Assembly: GCA_030141605.1 (NCBI GenBank)
Contig: JAQGDQ010000174.1
Location: 310,001-374,000 of the forward strand
DNA from: Tubiluchus corallicola
Taxonomy: Eukaryota > Animalia > Priapulida
Direction of reading: 5' to 3'
DNA length: 64,000 nt
The position numbers and the translations under genes are program-made. The notes beneath the pieces are model-generated. The model did not search any database. It saw only the letters and a list, made by a program, of their open reading frames with translations, and had not been told where the DNA came from. This document shows positions 1-19,939 of this stretch, piece after piece. The stretch's first letter is position 1; each line of letters opens with the position of its first letter.

Positions 1-1619
1 AGGCTTGCGGTGAAGTTATTTTAGTGTTTCTCAGTTCTCTCGGAGTCTATATTGTTTCTGAACTGCCAGAAAGTAAATCTTAGTGAGTGAAACACGAAAA
101 ACTAATTCTGTTCTTGCATGCAAAGTAATCAATAGCTACGGGCAAAGAAATATGGGTATATTTTGACATTTTTTACCCAGTTTAACACTCTGAAGGCTGG
201 TAGCCAGCAATTAGCAGTATGGTCTGTTTAAAGTAAATGATTATGCATCAAAATCCCTGATAATGATTAAGGATAATAGCCCGAGATAAGGCACTAAACG
301 CACAGAGGGACAGAGAAGCAGCCGTGCAGTATAGCAGTTAACTGCCTAAAACCGATTTTTATTGCAGTAACCCATACATTTATTAATCAGACCCTGCGTT
401 GCTTAACTTTGCAGAAAAACCCACATTGACAGAGTAAACAGATAAAAACGGACGTTTGGGTAACATTGTATTGACTCCGTCAAATAGCATGGCTTGCAGC
501 CAGAGCCCAACATCGATGAATAAATTTTATTTCCATAGAGGAAGAATGTACATACAGGATTACTCTTCCGGTTCAGTTTCATCTTCGAGGGTTATTCTTG
601 ACAATGAGCCAGGTTCCGACACGCACAGATTCACACTGAGCAGGCTTTGTAGTTGAATGACGTCATCTGCTGTATGATTGAGAACGTTTTATTAACACGT
701 TACTGTAGATAATTTCTGGTGGCCTTAATAAACCAAAATAATTACCGTTTAGTAATCATGGGGATGCTTCTTGATGTTCATGATTATTAAATGTTAATTT
801 ATTATACCTAAAGTTAATTATTACATCTAAAGTGTGAATTTGCTGTAAATCTTTGTTTTTGATAATGTGTTAATTGTTTTAATAATTTAAATAAATTCTT
901 TTGATTTGATTTGATTTGATTTATCACAGATTCCACCTCTTGCGGTGCGTTGAAGTGTTACAATGTGAAAACGAAAAATAAATTGCACGCCTTGTAGAAA
1001 CAACTGATTACAGTCGACAAATTTGAATTCTTCGATTGAAGTACTCGTAATTTGTGAGTCATTATATGTAATGAGGCCAATTTGATGCGGAAAATTTAGT
1101 GATATTAGGCCCCTGGCGATGAACTAGCAGGTTCGCAACACCTTAGCTGTTGTAATATTTAATGCAATATTTACCAATTTCTAAAATCCGTTGAATTTTA
1201 AACAAAAATTGCTTATAAGTGACAATCTCTTGACATTAACATAAAAGTTTCCCCGTAATAAATAAATAAATAAATTATGGTAAAAAATATTATGGTAACT
1301 TAGATTTTCGCAATGTATTAATTAAATTTTACTGAGATTCTGCACACGTCATATTTTAACAATTTCCACTTACGCCAACAGATGTTGCTGCTCATGAGAA
1401 GAAACAGCAGCGTGTTATAAATATAGATTCCAACCTCTAAAGCTCAATATTTGTAGTGTAGCGGTAATTTTGCCTTTAATATTGATTAAAGTAAAATAAA
1501 CTATTTGCAGTTTAAATGTTATGAGCAAAAGACTAGCACAAGTAAATGAGAAATGCTTATTTTCTTAAATATTGATATGAATTATGAATGGAGTGAAATC
1601 TAAGTGGAAGGGTAATTAA

Positions 1620-1895
1620 TGACTGACTGACCGCCTGATTAACTAACTGACTGACTAACTGACTGACTGACTGACTGACTGAGTGACTGAATGAATAACT
1701 GACTGACTGACTGACTGACTGACTGACTGACTGACTGACTAACTGACTGACTGCCTGACTGACTGGCTGACTGACTGACTGACTGACTGACTGACTGACT
1801 GACTGACTGACTGACTGACTGACTGACTGACTGACTGACTGACTGCTTGACTGACTGACCGATTAACCGACTAATCGGCCGACCGACTGACTAAC
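1620..1895. repeat. (ACTG)n microsatellite
   Basis: Long gactgactgact run with minor variants. Confidence 0.97.
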
Positions 1896-3214
1896 CATGA
1901 CATACAATCTTATCACGACAATTCTATGCCTTCAAAATGCTGAATTATTTTGTCTTGCAGATGATAAAAATTGTCTTACACAGTTAAATACAATAAATAC
2001 GATTAAATACAACAATCTGTCTGATACTGAACAAAAACTTATCACGTCAATTTGTGCACTCGAACTGCTAAACCATTGGGTAACAGCGACATGACAAAAA
2101 GAAGCCAAATATAAAGATAAAAAACAGCAGCACGGGTGTAAAAAGCCCCTCTCCCTATACTTGCAACCTGAGCCATCAATCTGCACTGATGTTACAAGTA
2201 CTGAAACACATCAATCACGCGGCATGTCTAACAAACTCTCAGATGAACTCAAGCTGACCAGTCCATTAATGAAATAATCTAAACACAAGTTACAGCAATG
2301 CTAGACGATTACTGCACTCAAACATGTGCCAATGACACCTGGCACACAAAAGAAGATTTTTTTAAAAGTATGTCCTAGCAACGCTAATTGTAGGCTTGCA
2401 GTGAGGAGAGTGTTAAATTTAGCACCATAAGTTGTGCTATGTGATACATTGCAATAACACCTCTTACGCTAGCCTGCACGACGCGAAGCAACAACCAATC
2501 ACTTTCACTGTAACATCTAAAATACGCAAACAATGCAAATCTCAGCAAATTCTAAGCCACACGGCTGGTTGAAAACATGACGTCACAAACCAGGGTTTCG
2601 TCGGCACTGTTTTGAAATATTCTAAAATCGACTAGCAACATGGCTTCTCCTCGCATCTGCGCTACGAACACGCAAACGTTGTATTGATTAATGCTGCATG
2701 TCTCTGCTGCAGTGACAGCCGAGACAGCAATTCCATATTAAGTCCAGCACTTGACCGGAGATGTACATTAATGCCTCAAGGGCCTTCAAAATTGTTGAGA
2801 ATACCACTCTGAGAAAATAGCCGCAGCCCGCAGAACAGTGCACCAGCTGCAGCACGAGATCTTCATTATAATAATATTATGGCGACAATGAATACAACGA
2901 GCATTATTTAATGTCAACGTTTACAGCTTAAACATTGTGACAAGATGCAAGTGTGACTGAACATTATTCCCAAGAGTCGTCAGTACTGAATCATCAGTTT
3001 GTCGACTTGGCAAATCTTAGCTGTACAGACTGTAATGTTTCTCAACTTTACGCCACTAACTCACACATGTACTCTGACTTTTCTCTAATTATCAAGCATT
3101 TCAAACAGTATCCACACGATTTATTGTATTTTAGATTGTAGATTTTTTTAGATCTGTAGCATGTTCTTTTCCCCCTAACATGTACGTAAAAAACGAAGCG
3201 AAGATGTACATTAA

Positions 3215-3882
3215 AGGACAAGAAAAGGGGTACCTGAAGTAGGTTTCAGAAAAATCGCAATGGAAAATTATGTTGTTTTTTTTGTTTTCATTTTAAATCT
3301 CCCGCAACACTGTTCCAACCGCGCCATGACGTCATATACGCACAACGTGAATCTGGGGAAGAAAAGGAAATGTTAAACTATATCCCAAGAAACTTTCCAT
3401 GTAAAGTTATGTTACTTAGCATTTCGCTTACCTGCTTGAAAGACATATGTAACTAGAAAAGAAAACTATTAATTATTTAAAATGTTTTCACCAATTGGTA
3501 AAATGTGGTTGACTCACCTCCAGGGTGCACCACTCACTAACCAAAATAACTAACGTATTTTTAATCTTATTGACAAGATGCAGTAATTTAAAATTTTACT
3601 TAGTTAGTGACGTGTGCGCTACGAATTCTCTGATTATTTTTCTCAAGCTTCACTCAATGTTATCTAAACTTGTTTCATATGCTTATAGTCAACATGGTTG
3701 CGTCTAACGGTCATCGCGGGAGTTTAAATTTACATGTTTTATACAACGTTACTGCCGACGCAAGCCCTGTACGCAAAAGGCAAGTAGTGCAAGTATGCAA
3801 GTAGTGTAAAATTTCAAGACAAATATTTTATGCTAGTTACTCCATGCGAGTCGCTTTATTATGTTAAGGTTTACAATGTACT
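3215..3882 (+). mobile_element. Non-autonomous DNA transposon, Kolobok-like (family A, copy 1)
   Basis: Starts TTAA|AGGACAAGAAAAGGGG; colinear over ~600 bp with the reverse complement of 59209-59896. Right end approximate. Confidence 0.7.
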
Positions 3883-4117
3883 TTAAAGTATCACACGGAC
3901 CCTGCCTTAACTAACATGTTTGCACTTGACTGAAAGGGTTAGTTCAACAAACACTGGAATGTAAAAGGTCCTTCAATCAACCTCTAAATATCTACCAGCG
4001 CACATTCTGGTGGCTTTAAATTTTATATTTTCAATTTATTATTTTATTTTTTATGTTCATGTTCTTCTTGTTTAAAATTGTACAGCTTCCTTTCATTTAG
4101 ATTCAGTGCTGGCTTAA

Positions 4118-4660
4118 AGGAAAACTGAACAATTGTTTAGACTCAATCTCATTTAAATTTACAGTCCAAAATATACATTTTCTTGCCTATAAATGTTAGC
4201 AGTTGTTTCTTATATTTGAATAATTAACTTAGAAGTTAATTAACGGCAACCGAACACAACTATTGCTTATGTCAGAAACTGACCACAGTGCTAGGCGTCT
4301 TCCCTTGCGCATCAAGCACGTTCGCGTAAGTGTTACTGCTTAAACGCGTGATGTCACGAAAATGGGCTCTACGTCATATGACGTCAAAAACAAACACTGC
4401 AGTTCATGATCATTGTTATCACGGTACCGCCTTCTATTTTCGGCCACGCGAATGTGACAAAAAGGCGCCGTTGCGAATCTTAGTAGCATCACTGATCGGC
4501 GCGTAGCTTTGAAAATTTAACGAAATTTGAGTATCCGAGGTAACTAATTCTAATTATTATTTAATCTAAGCTTTAATTTAAAAAAAAGTTATTGCAGTTT
4601 TCAATATTTTAAAGCATTGTTTATTCTGAACTAACGTTTACACAATCATCCGGTTTTCCT
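4118..4660. mobile_element. Kolobok-like MITE
   Basis: TTAA on both sides (4114-4117, 4661-4664); imperfect 25-bp TIR AGGAAAACTGAACAATTGTTTAGAC / GTTTACACAATCATCCGGTTTTCCT (19/25). Confidence 0.7.
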
Positions 4661-7600
4661 TTAAGCATTGCTGCAACAAACATGTAGTTAACTGGTGTAT
4701 GCAATAAGATTTAATTTCAACTAAAATTGTGCATAATACGCTGAAGCAGAGTTCACATTTACCTGGAAAATATATGAAAACGGCAACATAAAGACTCCCG
4801 GGCTGACCATGCTCATGCCGCAGGTTGTCTTACAACTGCATAGGGCTCGTAAACACTGGCAAAAAAGCCAAGCTCTTTGCAAATGAGTAATAACCGTTTT
4901 ACTGTACTTTATAGACAGAAGTGTGCTTCTTTAGTATGTTCCAGCAGCTCTGAAAATCGTGCCACTTTTAACAAACGTTTTGCATTCTTTGCTCTATTAA
5001 TGTAAGGGCAACTTTATCAAGTACAGACTACTTTTATACGTTGTATCCATTTGTAAGTAATTTGTAATACATTTTTACTAATTTGTACCATTTCTTGACT
5101 TACTAATTAAGCCAAGAAATCAAAACCATGTCATGAATCTTGGCATGCGCACATTCTAACAAGGACGGGGAGTTTTGTTAAAACCGAATTTTCTTTAATA
5201 AAACGATTGTTTGTGAATAATACTACTGTTATGACGTTTTATAACGCTTCGTAACGTATTTCAATATTTTCTGTATTTCAGTTATGTATCGACATTGTAT
5301 TTCGTGGCAGATATTATTATAATTGCTATGCTTTGTGAGTTTGTTTGATATAATTTGTGTCACTAGCCAATTTAAACAGATTAACAGAATTTGATTATTT
5401 GCAGTGTTGTTTTCATCACCTTCCTACTAATTTAGTATCTAATTTTTCAATCTTCTGTTAAATTTTGTTTTTAGTTTACGTTACTTGCGAAGTGAGGTTT
5501 CATGCTATAAGAGTATATACATGCAAACAGGATGGGCTAAAGGATACGTGCCAGCTTTCAATAACCAAAGTTAGTGATTTTGTGTAAATAAAACTTCCCG
5601 AAATTTCGTTGAACTGATATAACGTAACGTGCAAACCAAGAGAACTCAGCAAGTTAACAAATGTCTAATTTTACGCATGTGTGTAATCCTGTCAGTATTC
5701 ATTCAAGCTGCCAAAATTCAGGAGTACATATAGTCTTTCAACGGCAGTGAGCTGACTGTACACACGTATAAATGTTGAATTAACAGCTGAAACGTTAATG
5801 TTTTTGCACCAGAACTGAAATCTTGCACATGGTGCTAGTAAGACGATCTAAACAAATCAACAAAATGTGAGAAGGTTCACGGTTTGTTTAAAATTTAAAA
5901 TTTGCTTGCCTTATTTATTGGGAAACAATTGCTTGATTTTGTTTAATTTTATTTAGAGGTACTTACGTGTACTAAAATTACGTTTTCGGTTTGACTGCTA
6001 AAAGAGCAAAGAGTAAAAGAGTAAAGTTGAAAAAGAATGCATGTTTGAAATTTAGATTCTTATGCCATCGTGCCACGCGTAAAATTATTCAAGTTTTAGC
6101 TCAAAGAGCTGGTAATAACATGATCATTATTATTTCAAAAAGCCCGAAGTTTTTTTTTAATTTCGGGAGTTCATTATCGGGTGAAGTTTAATCGCATGAC
6201 AGGAATATGGACGTCATCTTAGAATTCGTTTAACCTAGTTTAAAAAGTGGGTTCTAAACACTGAATGAAACACAAAATTATTTGGTTATCGCAGTAAATA
6301 AGACTGTTGTCACAATTTGAAAATATGCCTAACAGCAAAGTTATGATTATTAGATTCTGAATTTGATTAAATACGTGTGTTTACAGAGCTCCGGGTTTGG
6401 AATCTGGGTCGCTCTTGGAAGTATACATTCTCACTAGCAAAATCTAGACTTAGAAATCGTCCATTTTTTAGTTTTACTAATTTTATTAATAGGCGGAAAC
6501 AAGGATCACTATCAAAGCAGAAATTCTCACTAATTTGATTTTGTCAAGCTAGAATGAACCATAAAACACGAGAGTAAAGTGAAAAAACAGACAATTTAAA
6601 GACTAAATCATAAATTATATTATTACCATATCAAAACAAGCATAGTCGTTCTTAATAAACACGTAATACACTTAAAATGCAGGCATCCTGGCAAAGTAAA
6701 CTTCAAATTAGATTGGATTAAACTTCACACGTATTCGCGATATGAAAACCGAAAAACTCTTAGTCAATGACATTAAGAAACAAATAAGTTAAGCAACAAA
6801 ACACTACCAGCTGATTACCAATTGACCAGTATTGATTACTACTCAGGTTGATTACAGTGCAAAATAATCGACTAAAGTGTAAAAAAACAAATATAATCAA
6901 TAAATAGATAAGCCTAAGTAAAATTAGGTCCGATTACATGTCACAAATGAAATGAGGGCAAAAAATCGCATAAAAAGACAGAAGTGAGTCAAAATTCGGG
7001 ATTAATACAATCTCTCACCAATCGAGACTTGTGGCCTTACCTGTCTGCCATAATTGGCGAAGCTTGTAAACGCTGACGGTCTTCTGCTTACTATTCCTCC
7101 CCCTCCACTCCCACGACGGTTTATTTTTGCTGAAGCGACAGTCAAGCGATTGCTCATCATATCAGCACCCGCGCCAAAGATTCACCAATTCAACACCCCA
7201 TTCGCACTGACAAGTACTACTCTCACAATGCTGCTCACACAGAGGTTCCAGATTCCAGATTTCAAGTGTAATGTAAAACCAAAATAAAATTCCACTAACG
7301 TTCTGGCGTCGATCTAAATTAATAACTCATGCCACAGAATTGATGATTTAGTCTAGAAATGTTTTTTTCTATTATAACAGGAGGGTATATGTGCGCCGAA
7401 CCACAAATAAATCAATATATCAATAAAATAAATCAGTCGGGAATCACCAGAATCATCAAAAAGATCCGCATTACTGCTCTGCCAGTGATGATGAAGCAGA
7501 TGAAGCAACGTCGAAATCGATAATTATCAGTTTAATGGGTGTATTAATTTAATACGTCATCAGGCAGATGCAGTGTGTTTACCACCGAGAAAGAAGTGAG

Positions 7601-10600
7601 AATTTGAAGTATTAAAAGCATATTTGTTCCACAACGTGTTTACATACTAAGTAGATGAGGCATCACTGTCTAGTCGTTCAACACAAACAGCTGTTAACTA
7701 CGTGCTCTGCAGTGATAAATGACTTAAGATTCACATGTAAGATTACAGTAAGTCAAAAGTAGGTACAGAATTTGATTTGCAACTCGAGAGAACTTGATTT
7801 AAGATGATGGACAATACTAGTTCGTACGTGAGTCTTAAATCGTAATCACAAATATTGCGTCTAATCCGTTACTGTCATTTACTGCATCATATCATCCATT
7901 TTCCTTGTTTACGATAACGTCATTTTTGTGCAGTTGTAAACATCGTCATATTGGGAGCTTGGTAATTTTGCTGCATCTGCATCGCGCCATCAGAAGTCAA
8001 AATGCACTGAAGATAAACGAAACCATATAAATTCCTTTCCCATTTTCTCAGAAAAAAGATTTGTAGTAGAAATTCTCTGTAATTTTTGTTTTTCATAAGT
8101 TAATGATTCTTTTCAGCGACTATTTGCACAAAAACGTAGTCTAAAATCTACCACAATTGAGCTTCAGACAGAAAATTTTATTCCTTTTTCGTATTACCTT
8201 AGATGCAATAATAATGCGAGAGACAGTTAAACCGTAATTTGTACCACTGAGAACATGCGGAAAACGATACAACGCACATGCACCAAAAATATTTGTTCTC
8301 ACATGTTATAATGGTTTTCACCCTGAAGCCCTTCCATTCGTCCACCCCACAGCTGTGAGCTTCAATGCCCCAAATACCGTCGCAAATAGAGGCAACTCGC
8401 CGTGAACAAATCTACGCAAAACAAGGCGGGTGGTAATTTTTTATTTCTGACATCTGTGAACGCTTTCGCGCCGGCGATGTTTATTAATTATCTGTTGATT
8501 AAAGATGACGAAATGTGGTAATTGGGGCATTCACCCGTTAAAATGTGGTAATTTTCAAGTTCTACACGAGGGAACACACTCGTTACATATTGAAAAACCT
8601 GCGAAAGGCAAGGATTTGTCTTGCTTTCAAGCAAAGGAACGTTTTTGCAAGTCATTGTCAGTTTTAACTGGGAGAGTAGTTGTTTCCCACCGTACTTCAT
8701 TGAAATTTTAGCGATAAATTTAAGTAAATTTGATTAGAACTTATAATGTTATAAAGGTGCCTGTATACGCTGGCTACTTGTAAAAACCTATACCAAGTTA
8801 AACTACCAAGTATTCTGCTCTGCTGAGGTTAAGGCAATGTTGATACACTACCATAACAGCTCGGCAGAAAAAACGATTAACGCAAGCTTAATATCTTCAG
8901 TTAAAATCTTAATTTGCTTCAGTATTTATTTTCTTATCTGCAGAATGAGACCACTAAGAATTACACCAATTATGCTTGATTTTTCCAATACTAACAGGTG
9001 TTCCAGGGACGGAAGTCTGTTGACGTGTAAACTGCTTCTTCATTGTGATAACCAGTCAACCGGCTATCTGATAAACCGTAACAAGTGTTGATTTGACACT
9101 TATAACTGCAACGTGTGGCGAGCTATAACAACTGGTCCGAGTTTCGCTAAGTGTGTTAGTTTTTAGCAGCATGTCGCAGAAGACAAACATCTCAGCCAAG
9201 CTGTCAAACGAAAAAAGGCGTGCTGAATTTTCAGTCATAATATTTTACTAATTAATGATCGGGACGCTGCGAAAACATGTGTGATCCAGATGACACTTGC
9301 TAAAGAGTAAATATTTGCATTTTAGTCACCAACATTGATCAACTATACACCACCATTAAAGTTCCAACTGTCACTTTATTGAACGCATTTTTTATATGCA
9401 GTAGAATGTGCCGAATGGACTTTATTAATTAATAATAAATTTACCTTTCTTCTATGTGATCTATTTTTGCCAGAGTTCTGAAAATCACTAGGCTTTTTGG
9501 TTTCTTTCTCTTCTTTTTCCTCTTTCCCTCCAGCGATCTAACACTGGAAATGCTGAACTTGATTGGCCAGCGATATGGACAGCCTAGGTGCCTGCCTTGC
9601 ACGCAGAAATCCCCTGGTTGCAATCACAACCCAACTTTTTTACATCCCCTGGCTTTCAAGTTTGGTATCAAAAATTAAGTTTAAGCGACTTTGTAACATC
9701 ATATTCTAGACATTATTGACTAAATGAGTCAAACTTTTAGTTAAGAAGCTGAAAAAATGATACTACTGACTTCATGATAAGCCGCAAAATTTCCAGCAGA
9801 ACAGAGCCATGATTCTCGAAAATGTAGCTGCTTCTAACGATGCTAACTCAGGTCAGAGCCATATGAACCCATTGTTAGGTCCTCAGGCTTTCGTCCTTTC
9901 CCCTCCCGGACTTCAATTTTTCTACAAAAGAATTTTTTGAAAACACAATTTTTCAATACTATAGCATTAAGTGCATAAAGTTTTTATTATGTCTAAAAAT
10001 ATTTATTGATAATCGTTTTAACATAAAAAGACAATTTGTTTTACCACAGTGAGGATATAATCTCATTAGTAAATAATTATTCCCAATCCCTGTTTGACCG
10101 TTAGCTTAGTGTGCATGTATGGATTTTGTGGCCCTGCGTAAATGTGTATCGACGTTAACTGAAAATGGCACCGTTTGTCTTGGGATGTAGATTACTTAGG
10201 TTACTGTTTTCTCATGGGTCACATGGGTGTCTGTCTTAAGCCAGATCCAACTAGCTCAGATAAAAGTGATACGGTCATATTTTGCTTAAAAAAGAAGCTG
10301 TCGAATCATAATAGAACTTCCTTACACAAAACTAGGTTAGCTTCATCATCGCGATTACTAACAGTCACTTTTTGCATGAAGAAGTAAAGAATTATAGAAG
10401 ATTATCAGAGCAGGTGGATAAACAGTGACCAAAAAGTGAAATGAAAGCGTAGTAAAATGATACTTAGTGCTTTTTTTCTGTCACTGTAACATAATAAATT
10501 ATAATATCGGTAAATCAAACATTCATTCATCAACCTAACTGCAAATATAAGTAAAATTATATGTTAGTAACCTCAAGTTTTTTCAAAACACTAATTTAGG

Positions 10601-12311
10601 AAACCAAGCTGGTCAAATTAATTTATTGTCTGTACTTCATTATTCACTAGTGCTGCCTGTGATAATTTACTATTTAACATATTAAAAGGAGGCTGAGTTT
10701 TGGTCGGCCGCTATCCTCTCTTCTTTTCACTTATGACTAGTAATTAGGCCCTATTTACCTGGATACTATTCAACTATTGCATCCTTACAGAATGAAAGTG
10801 GTTATTGTACATTTTGTAGATGGAGAAAAAATAAATTTTAATTCAATTCATTTCCCTAACAGAGAAATGAAAATGCGCGTTTTCGTCCACCAATATGAAC
10901 CAGTTTCAGGTGACCCACCTACCTTTGTACTTTGCTTCTTACGTTTATTTGATGTGCAATTCATTCATGACCTATAGTTAAGATAATTACGAAAACTACC
11001 AACCCAGCACTGAAAAATTGTAATTACTCGTACGCAGCTGAGGAAACCATATAGCGCCATATGACTGCGTGGATTTAAGAAATCAAGCCAAGTAAAACAA
11101 CCCATGGATGCAATATAAGGGTGAAGGAATTAATAGACCTACTTCTTTTCTACAAGGAATCTGCGCAATGTGTAGTCTGTTATAATAATCCTATCCAGTA
11201 TCCACTAGGTCATGAACACTCGGTTTATTATTGACGAAAATGGGGCTAAACCGATTAATAATAATAGCAGCATCCGAATTCACTTTCAGTAAGAAGCCTG
11301 CACTGCGCAAAGTCGCAAACTGCGCATTTCTACGAAAATAATTATCGACTCCTGCAGACTGAGCAATCCGCAGTTAAAAGAGCTCTACTATTTATACTAG
11401 GTTATTTATAACTTAAGTAATAAGCTTATTATAAGTTTCTAATCGCATGCGCTTCGCCATAATTTCTTACGTTGCCAGTAATATCAGTACTGTAGACATG
11501 TGCATAAAATTGATTACAAAAGCAATTTGTAATTAATTTAGTGCAGTAAATTATACATAGAGTCTGGTGACAAAGGTAATTTTGTCACCAGCATTTTTTG
11601 AAAAAACATATATGACGTTGACTAATGTATGAGCTAGAAGCAACACCTTCTGCCTGATCGTACATGAACTGTACCACCAAAAGTGAACAATGTTCCCTTT
11701 ACCGTTAAACTATATATCTGAGCGCTAGTAATACTTTCTATCATTAAGATTATCTTATGCATCTGGAGCTTTAGCTCTGCTGTATGTACTCAGTAAATTA
11801 ATAGCACGGTGTCACTGAGCAAGAATGCGCCAATTCAATTCCAAATATTTTCTTTTTTTCATGGCACATAGTTTACAGTGATTTCCTCGAGAAATAGCAC
11901 TTTGAGAAAACGCGTTAAAATGGCTATAAAGTGAAAAGAAAACGCTACGGAAGGTTACAATATGTCTAGCTATTAAATGCTCTAATTAAAGAAAGAAGAA
12001 TATGCGTTTTCTAACACAATATTATAAACTCCGTCGAAGAAGAAATGAAAAAACCTTCTGTGTAATGTTCTAAGTGTTCTGTAATGTTCTTAGATGGGTA
12101 GAAAAACTTTGTCCCGGATTTTAAATTCGTTCTCCCAGCCAAGGTGCCACCCAAGGCTAAAAGATCGTTGTTTTCATTATACATACGTTCTACACGTTTT
12201 TATAAATGCATATGTAGAATTCAAACACACGTTCAACTAAAATTGTAGCTATTTTCATTTAGACGATAAGAAAAAATGCTTGGATAAAACTATAGCAAAA
12301 AGCGCTTTGTC

Positions 12312-13170
<859 letters not shown>

Positions 13171-15285
13171 AATTACAAAATTTAAGAGGAGTATCATTAA
13201 GTCAAAATATGGGCCAAATCCAGGGTTTGCAGAATTTACCATTTATAAGCATGCGTTTGTCTTTGTTGTATGCTAATGATAACAGGTGGAATAAGGTAAC
13301 AGATGAAATTCGTGGTTTTTACCGTTCTTGCTGCTGCTCTGTATGATTTTAATCCCGTTGCTCTCGAAAGCTGCGGCGTTACCGGAGTATTCCTGAAAAT
13401 CCTGGAACTGCTTTGATGCAAATTCCCTCCCCCACTTCTGTACTGCAGATTTACTCTACTGCTCATGATTGCTGGAGGCATTGAATTGACACTTCACGTA
13501 TTTTAGCCACAAATCGAAAAAAACGCACTCCAAACCTGAATGAAAAGATTATTTAGGTTGATGAGACGTCATTATGATAAAGTGCCGTTGCAGATGACGT
13601 CATATTACGTCATGGATCATCAGAACTGTCAGCACACAGTGAACAATGTAAGTACGTCGCATGTATGTAACTGTAATTATAGGTGCTCAGGTCGTGTCAA
13701 TCGTATGCATCGTGTCATCTGAAATAACTTTTTCAGTATAAATGAGTAAACAGTCGTCAATTAAGTCTCTACGCTAATATTTAGTTATCACAAATATTTA
13801 GATAATTATTGTAGGTAACGAGACGTCTATTTTTTGACTATTTGTAAAATAATGTAGGATCTGAAATAACATACTCGTTGAAATCGTTCACAAACACAAG
13901 AGAATAAATTTGTTGAACCACTTTTGACGAAACACGCCTGTTTATTTCTTTAATAATGAATGCCACCAGGACCAAACGCATCCTACATCATTTTGAGGAT
14001 AAGAACTTGCTAAGTCACGTATTTCACTAACTTCACTAAAGTCTTCGCACTTAACTTGCTTTTTCACAACTTGCGACACAAAAGTGCGGAATTTCTCGTA
14101 TCAAACAATTAAACATAATGAAAACTACCTCACTCAGGTTTTTGCAAGCTAAACTAGACCACGGTAAATGGTTTAAGAAAAACAATTAATGACCTGCCTT
14201 CTTGGCTTCAAATATGCTGTAAAGCGAAGCCACTTAGGAGTCATTAGCTCAGCTGGTCTTCAAGCGAACAGACTACAAAGAAAACTGCAGCAATATAGTT
14301 GCAAACTTCTGCACGTATATTTGAAGGGAGTTCTGTTTTAGTGTTTGGTACAACGAAGGGCCATGTGTGCATTTGTAAATACGCATGCAGTATGTTAGCC
14401 GTTACGTGTCTGTAACAGTTTCCTCACCGCAGAAGTCTCGTAAATCAACTTTAACTACATATTTGCTACACAAAGTTCTCTTGTGAGCTCTTCCTCAATC
14501 TACGATATCGTGTCACTGCAAATTTTTAGAAGGAACTGTTGAAGCCACTGTCCTAGTTCAAATTGCCTGTTTGAAGGAAAGAACGGGTCATATATATATA
14601 ATAAACTCAACGTGCTAAATGACCGTATGTTATTTAATATAACTAATAAATATATCGTCTTCACTTAAACTTAAAAAAATATAAAAAAACATAACAAAGA
14701 AATTTGAAAGAAATTGTCTATAAACCATAAAATTAATTTATAATATCCCTCTATAAGAATGACTTTTCAGCCATTCACTGAAAATCTTTACATAACTGGT
14801 GGACTTCGTGGCTTTTCGTAAGCACATCGTGGCTTTCCGTAAGTGCGCGCTCCTCTTTAAACTGGTTCAGACATCTGACCTATCATTGCACAGTACTTCC
14901 CGTGTACAGTACCGGCAACTTCATGCCAAATCTTGTTTTATTTCGTTTTCAATCTTCGTTTTCAAGATATGCTGCTTTGTCAAAGACAAACAGACACGCA
15001 TGCGCAATCATAGATTCTAAATTCGCGATTGGAGGTCCGTCGACATTGCCGCATTGGTAAATAATAAAAAGTTGCTTTTGCATACGTATATAATATTGCA
15101 GTTTTGTTACCTAAACATACAAATGTAATATTTTCATAACATAATTGAATCGTATAATAAAATACGTATAATTTAATTTAAATTTAATAATACTTTCTGC
15201 GTTGTAAGCAAAACAATGAAAATTTTAGGCGGTACTTATATACTTTTACGTTCGTGTTGACAAACATCCTGGTTTAGCTGTCATA

Positions 15286-15293
15286 TATATAAG
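15286..15293 (+). promoter_or_regulatory. Candidate TATA box of the ShKT gene
   Basis: TATATAAG ~260 bp upstream of the ATG. The ATG directly follows an AG acceptor (ttcattatag|ATG), suggesting a non-coding first exon near 15315-15345. Confidence 0.35.
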
Positions 15294-15552
15294 CCTGTGT
15301 GCCTGAAATAGAAGAAATTTGTAGCAGACTCAATTTTGTTACAAGGGTGTTCGTTGTTTTTATGAATGAGTGAAATTTTTGACAGCTTTCAAATAGCTTG
15401 CAAAAGATAAACGTAGGATATCGCAATTAAAATTTTAATTGCATTAGTAAATTGGCCTACATCGCAAGTACTTTCATTTAATGAATGTTCTATAATCATA
15501 TATTTATATACTAGATTATAATTTATCTTGCTAACTTGTTGTTTCATTATAG

Positions 15553-18784
<3,232 letters not shown>

Positions 18785-19147
18785 TAGACTTCGAAGAATA
18801 AAACAAAAACCAAAACTGATTCTCAGATTACGACAATCATTGGCAGAATATGCACCCGAGGTCCGCTATTGTTGGTCAAGAATAATTTGCGATAATTTTT
18901 TGGACGTTAGAAGCTTCTTATTGACAATATCCACCAATTCAGGAGCTCCAACGCCCAAGACTGATGATTCTCCCTTTGATTGATAAATTAACTGCCCCTC
19001 TATTTTTGTATTACACTATCCAGAAAAGATGCGGATTATGTACACGCTTGGCACATTAATTAAACAAATGCATCAAAAAAGAACGAAAAGACTTGTTTTT
19101 TCTTATGTTTCAAAACACTTTCATTTTAATCACACCTATAATTTTCG

Positions 19148-19148
<1 letters not shown>

Positions 19149-19187
<39 letters not shown>
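19149..19187. repeat. (TA)n microsatellite
   Basis: Directly visible. Confidence 0.95.
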
Positions 19188-19190
<3 letters not shown>

Positions 19191-19939
19191 ATGGCCTCGT
19201 GATTCTTTATCAGTTTCTCCACTCGTTTCAACATGAAATCTATTAAATTTTGGCAGTTTGCAGAAATTTGGTCGTTGCACCACATCTGGATGATGATGTG
19301 AAAAATGCTCACTTTTTCAGAAGTTTGTGGGAGAAACATCGGCCTGGTTTTCAATTTGTTGATTAGAATTAAACAAATACGTGGGAATGTACATAGTCTA
19401 ATTTGTTTTTATAGAAAAAGGTGCATAACGCTTAAGTTTACGAGTTGTTAATTAAAATGGTTGGCTGCTATTGATATATATAATTTAGATTAATTCTTGA
19501 CTTTTAATAAAAACCGCACAACTATTTGATTAAAAGAGTAGCCACCCAAAATATAATTTACTGCAACTTACATGATTTGGGGCATTTACATTATTACTTT
19601 CTACCACAACAGGAGAACCAATCATAGGTAATTTATCTTTATTCGCTTTATCTCATAGTTAATACAACAAACACAGAGTACCAATGCTAGATATATAACG
19701 CGCAAATCAGCACATAACTATAAAAAAACTGTTGAAAAGAGGAAAAAAATAACCTAACGAATTAGGTGGATCATATGACGTTTGCTTGTAGGAATAGCAA
19801 GCGTCAAATGGTCACCTGTTCAAGGGTGACGAAGGAATTTATAACTTTAGAATGAAGCGCGTATAAATAATTAAAGGTTAACCTAATTGAACGACTCTAG
19901 GTAGATTTGCAAAGGTTGTAGGAACCGGAATAAACTAGT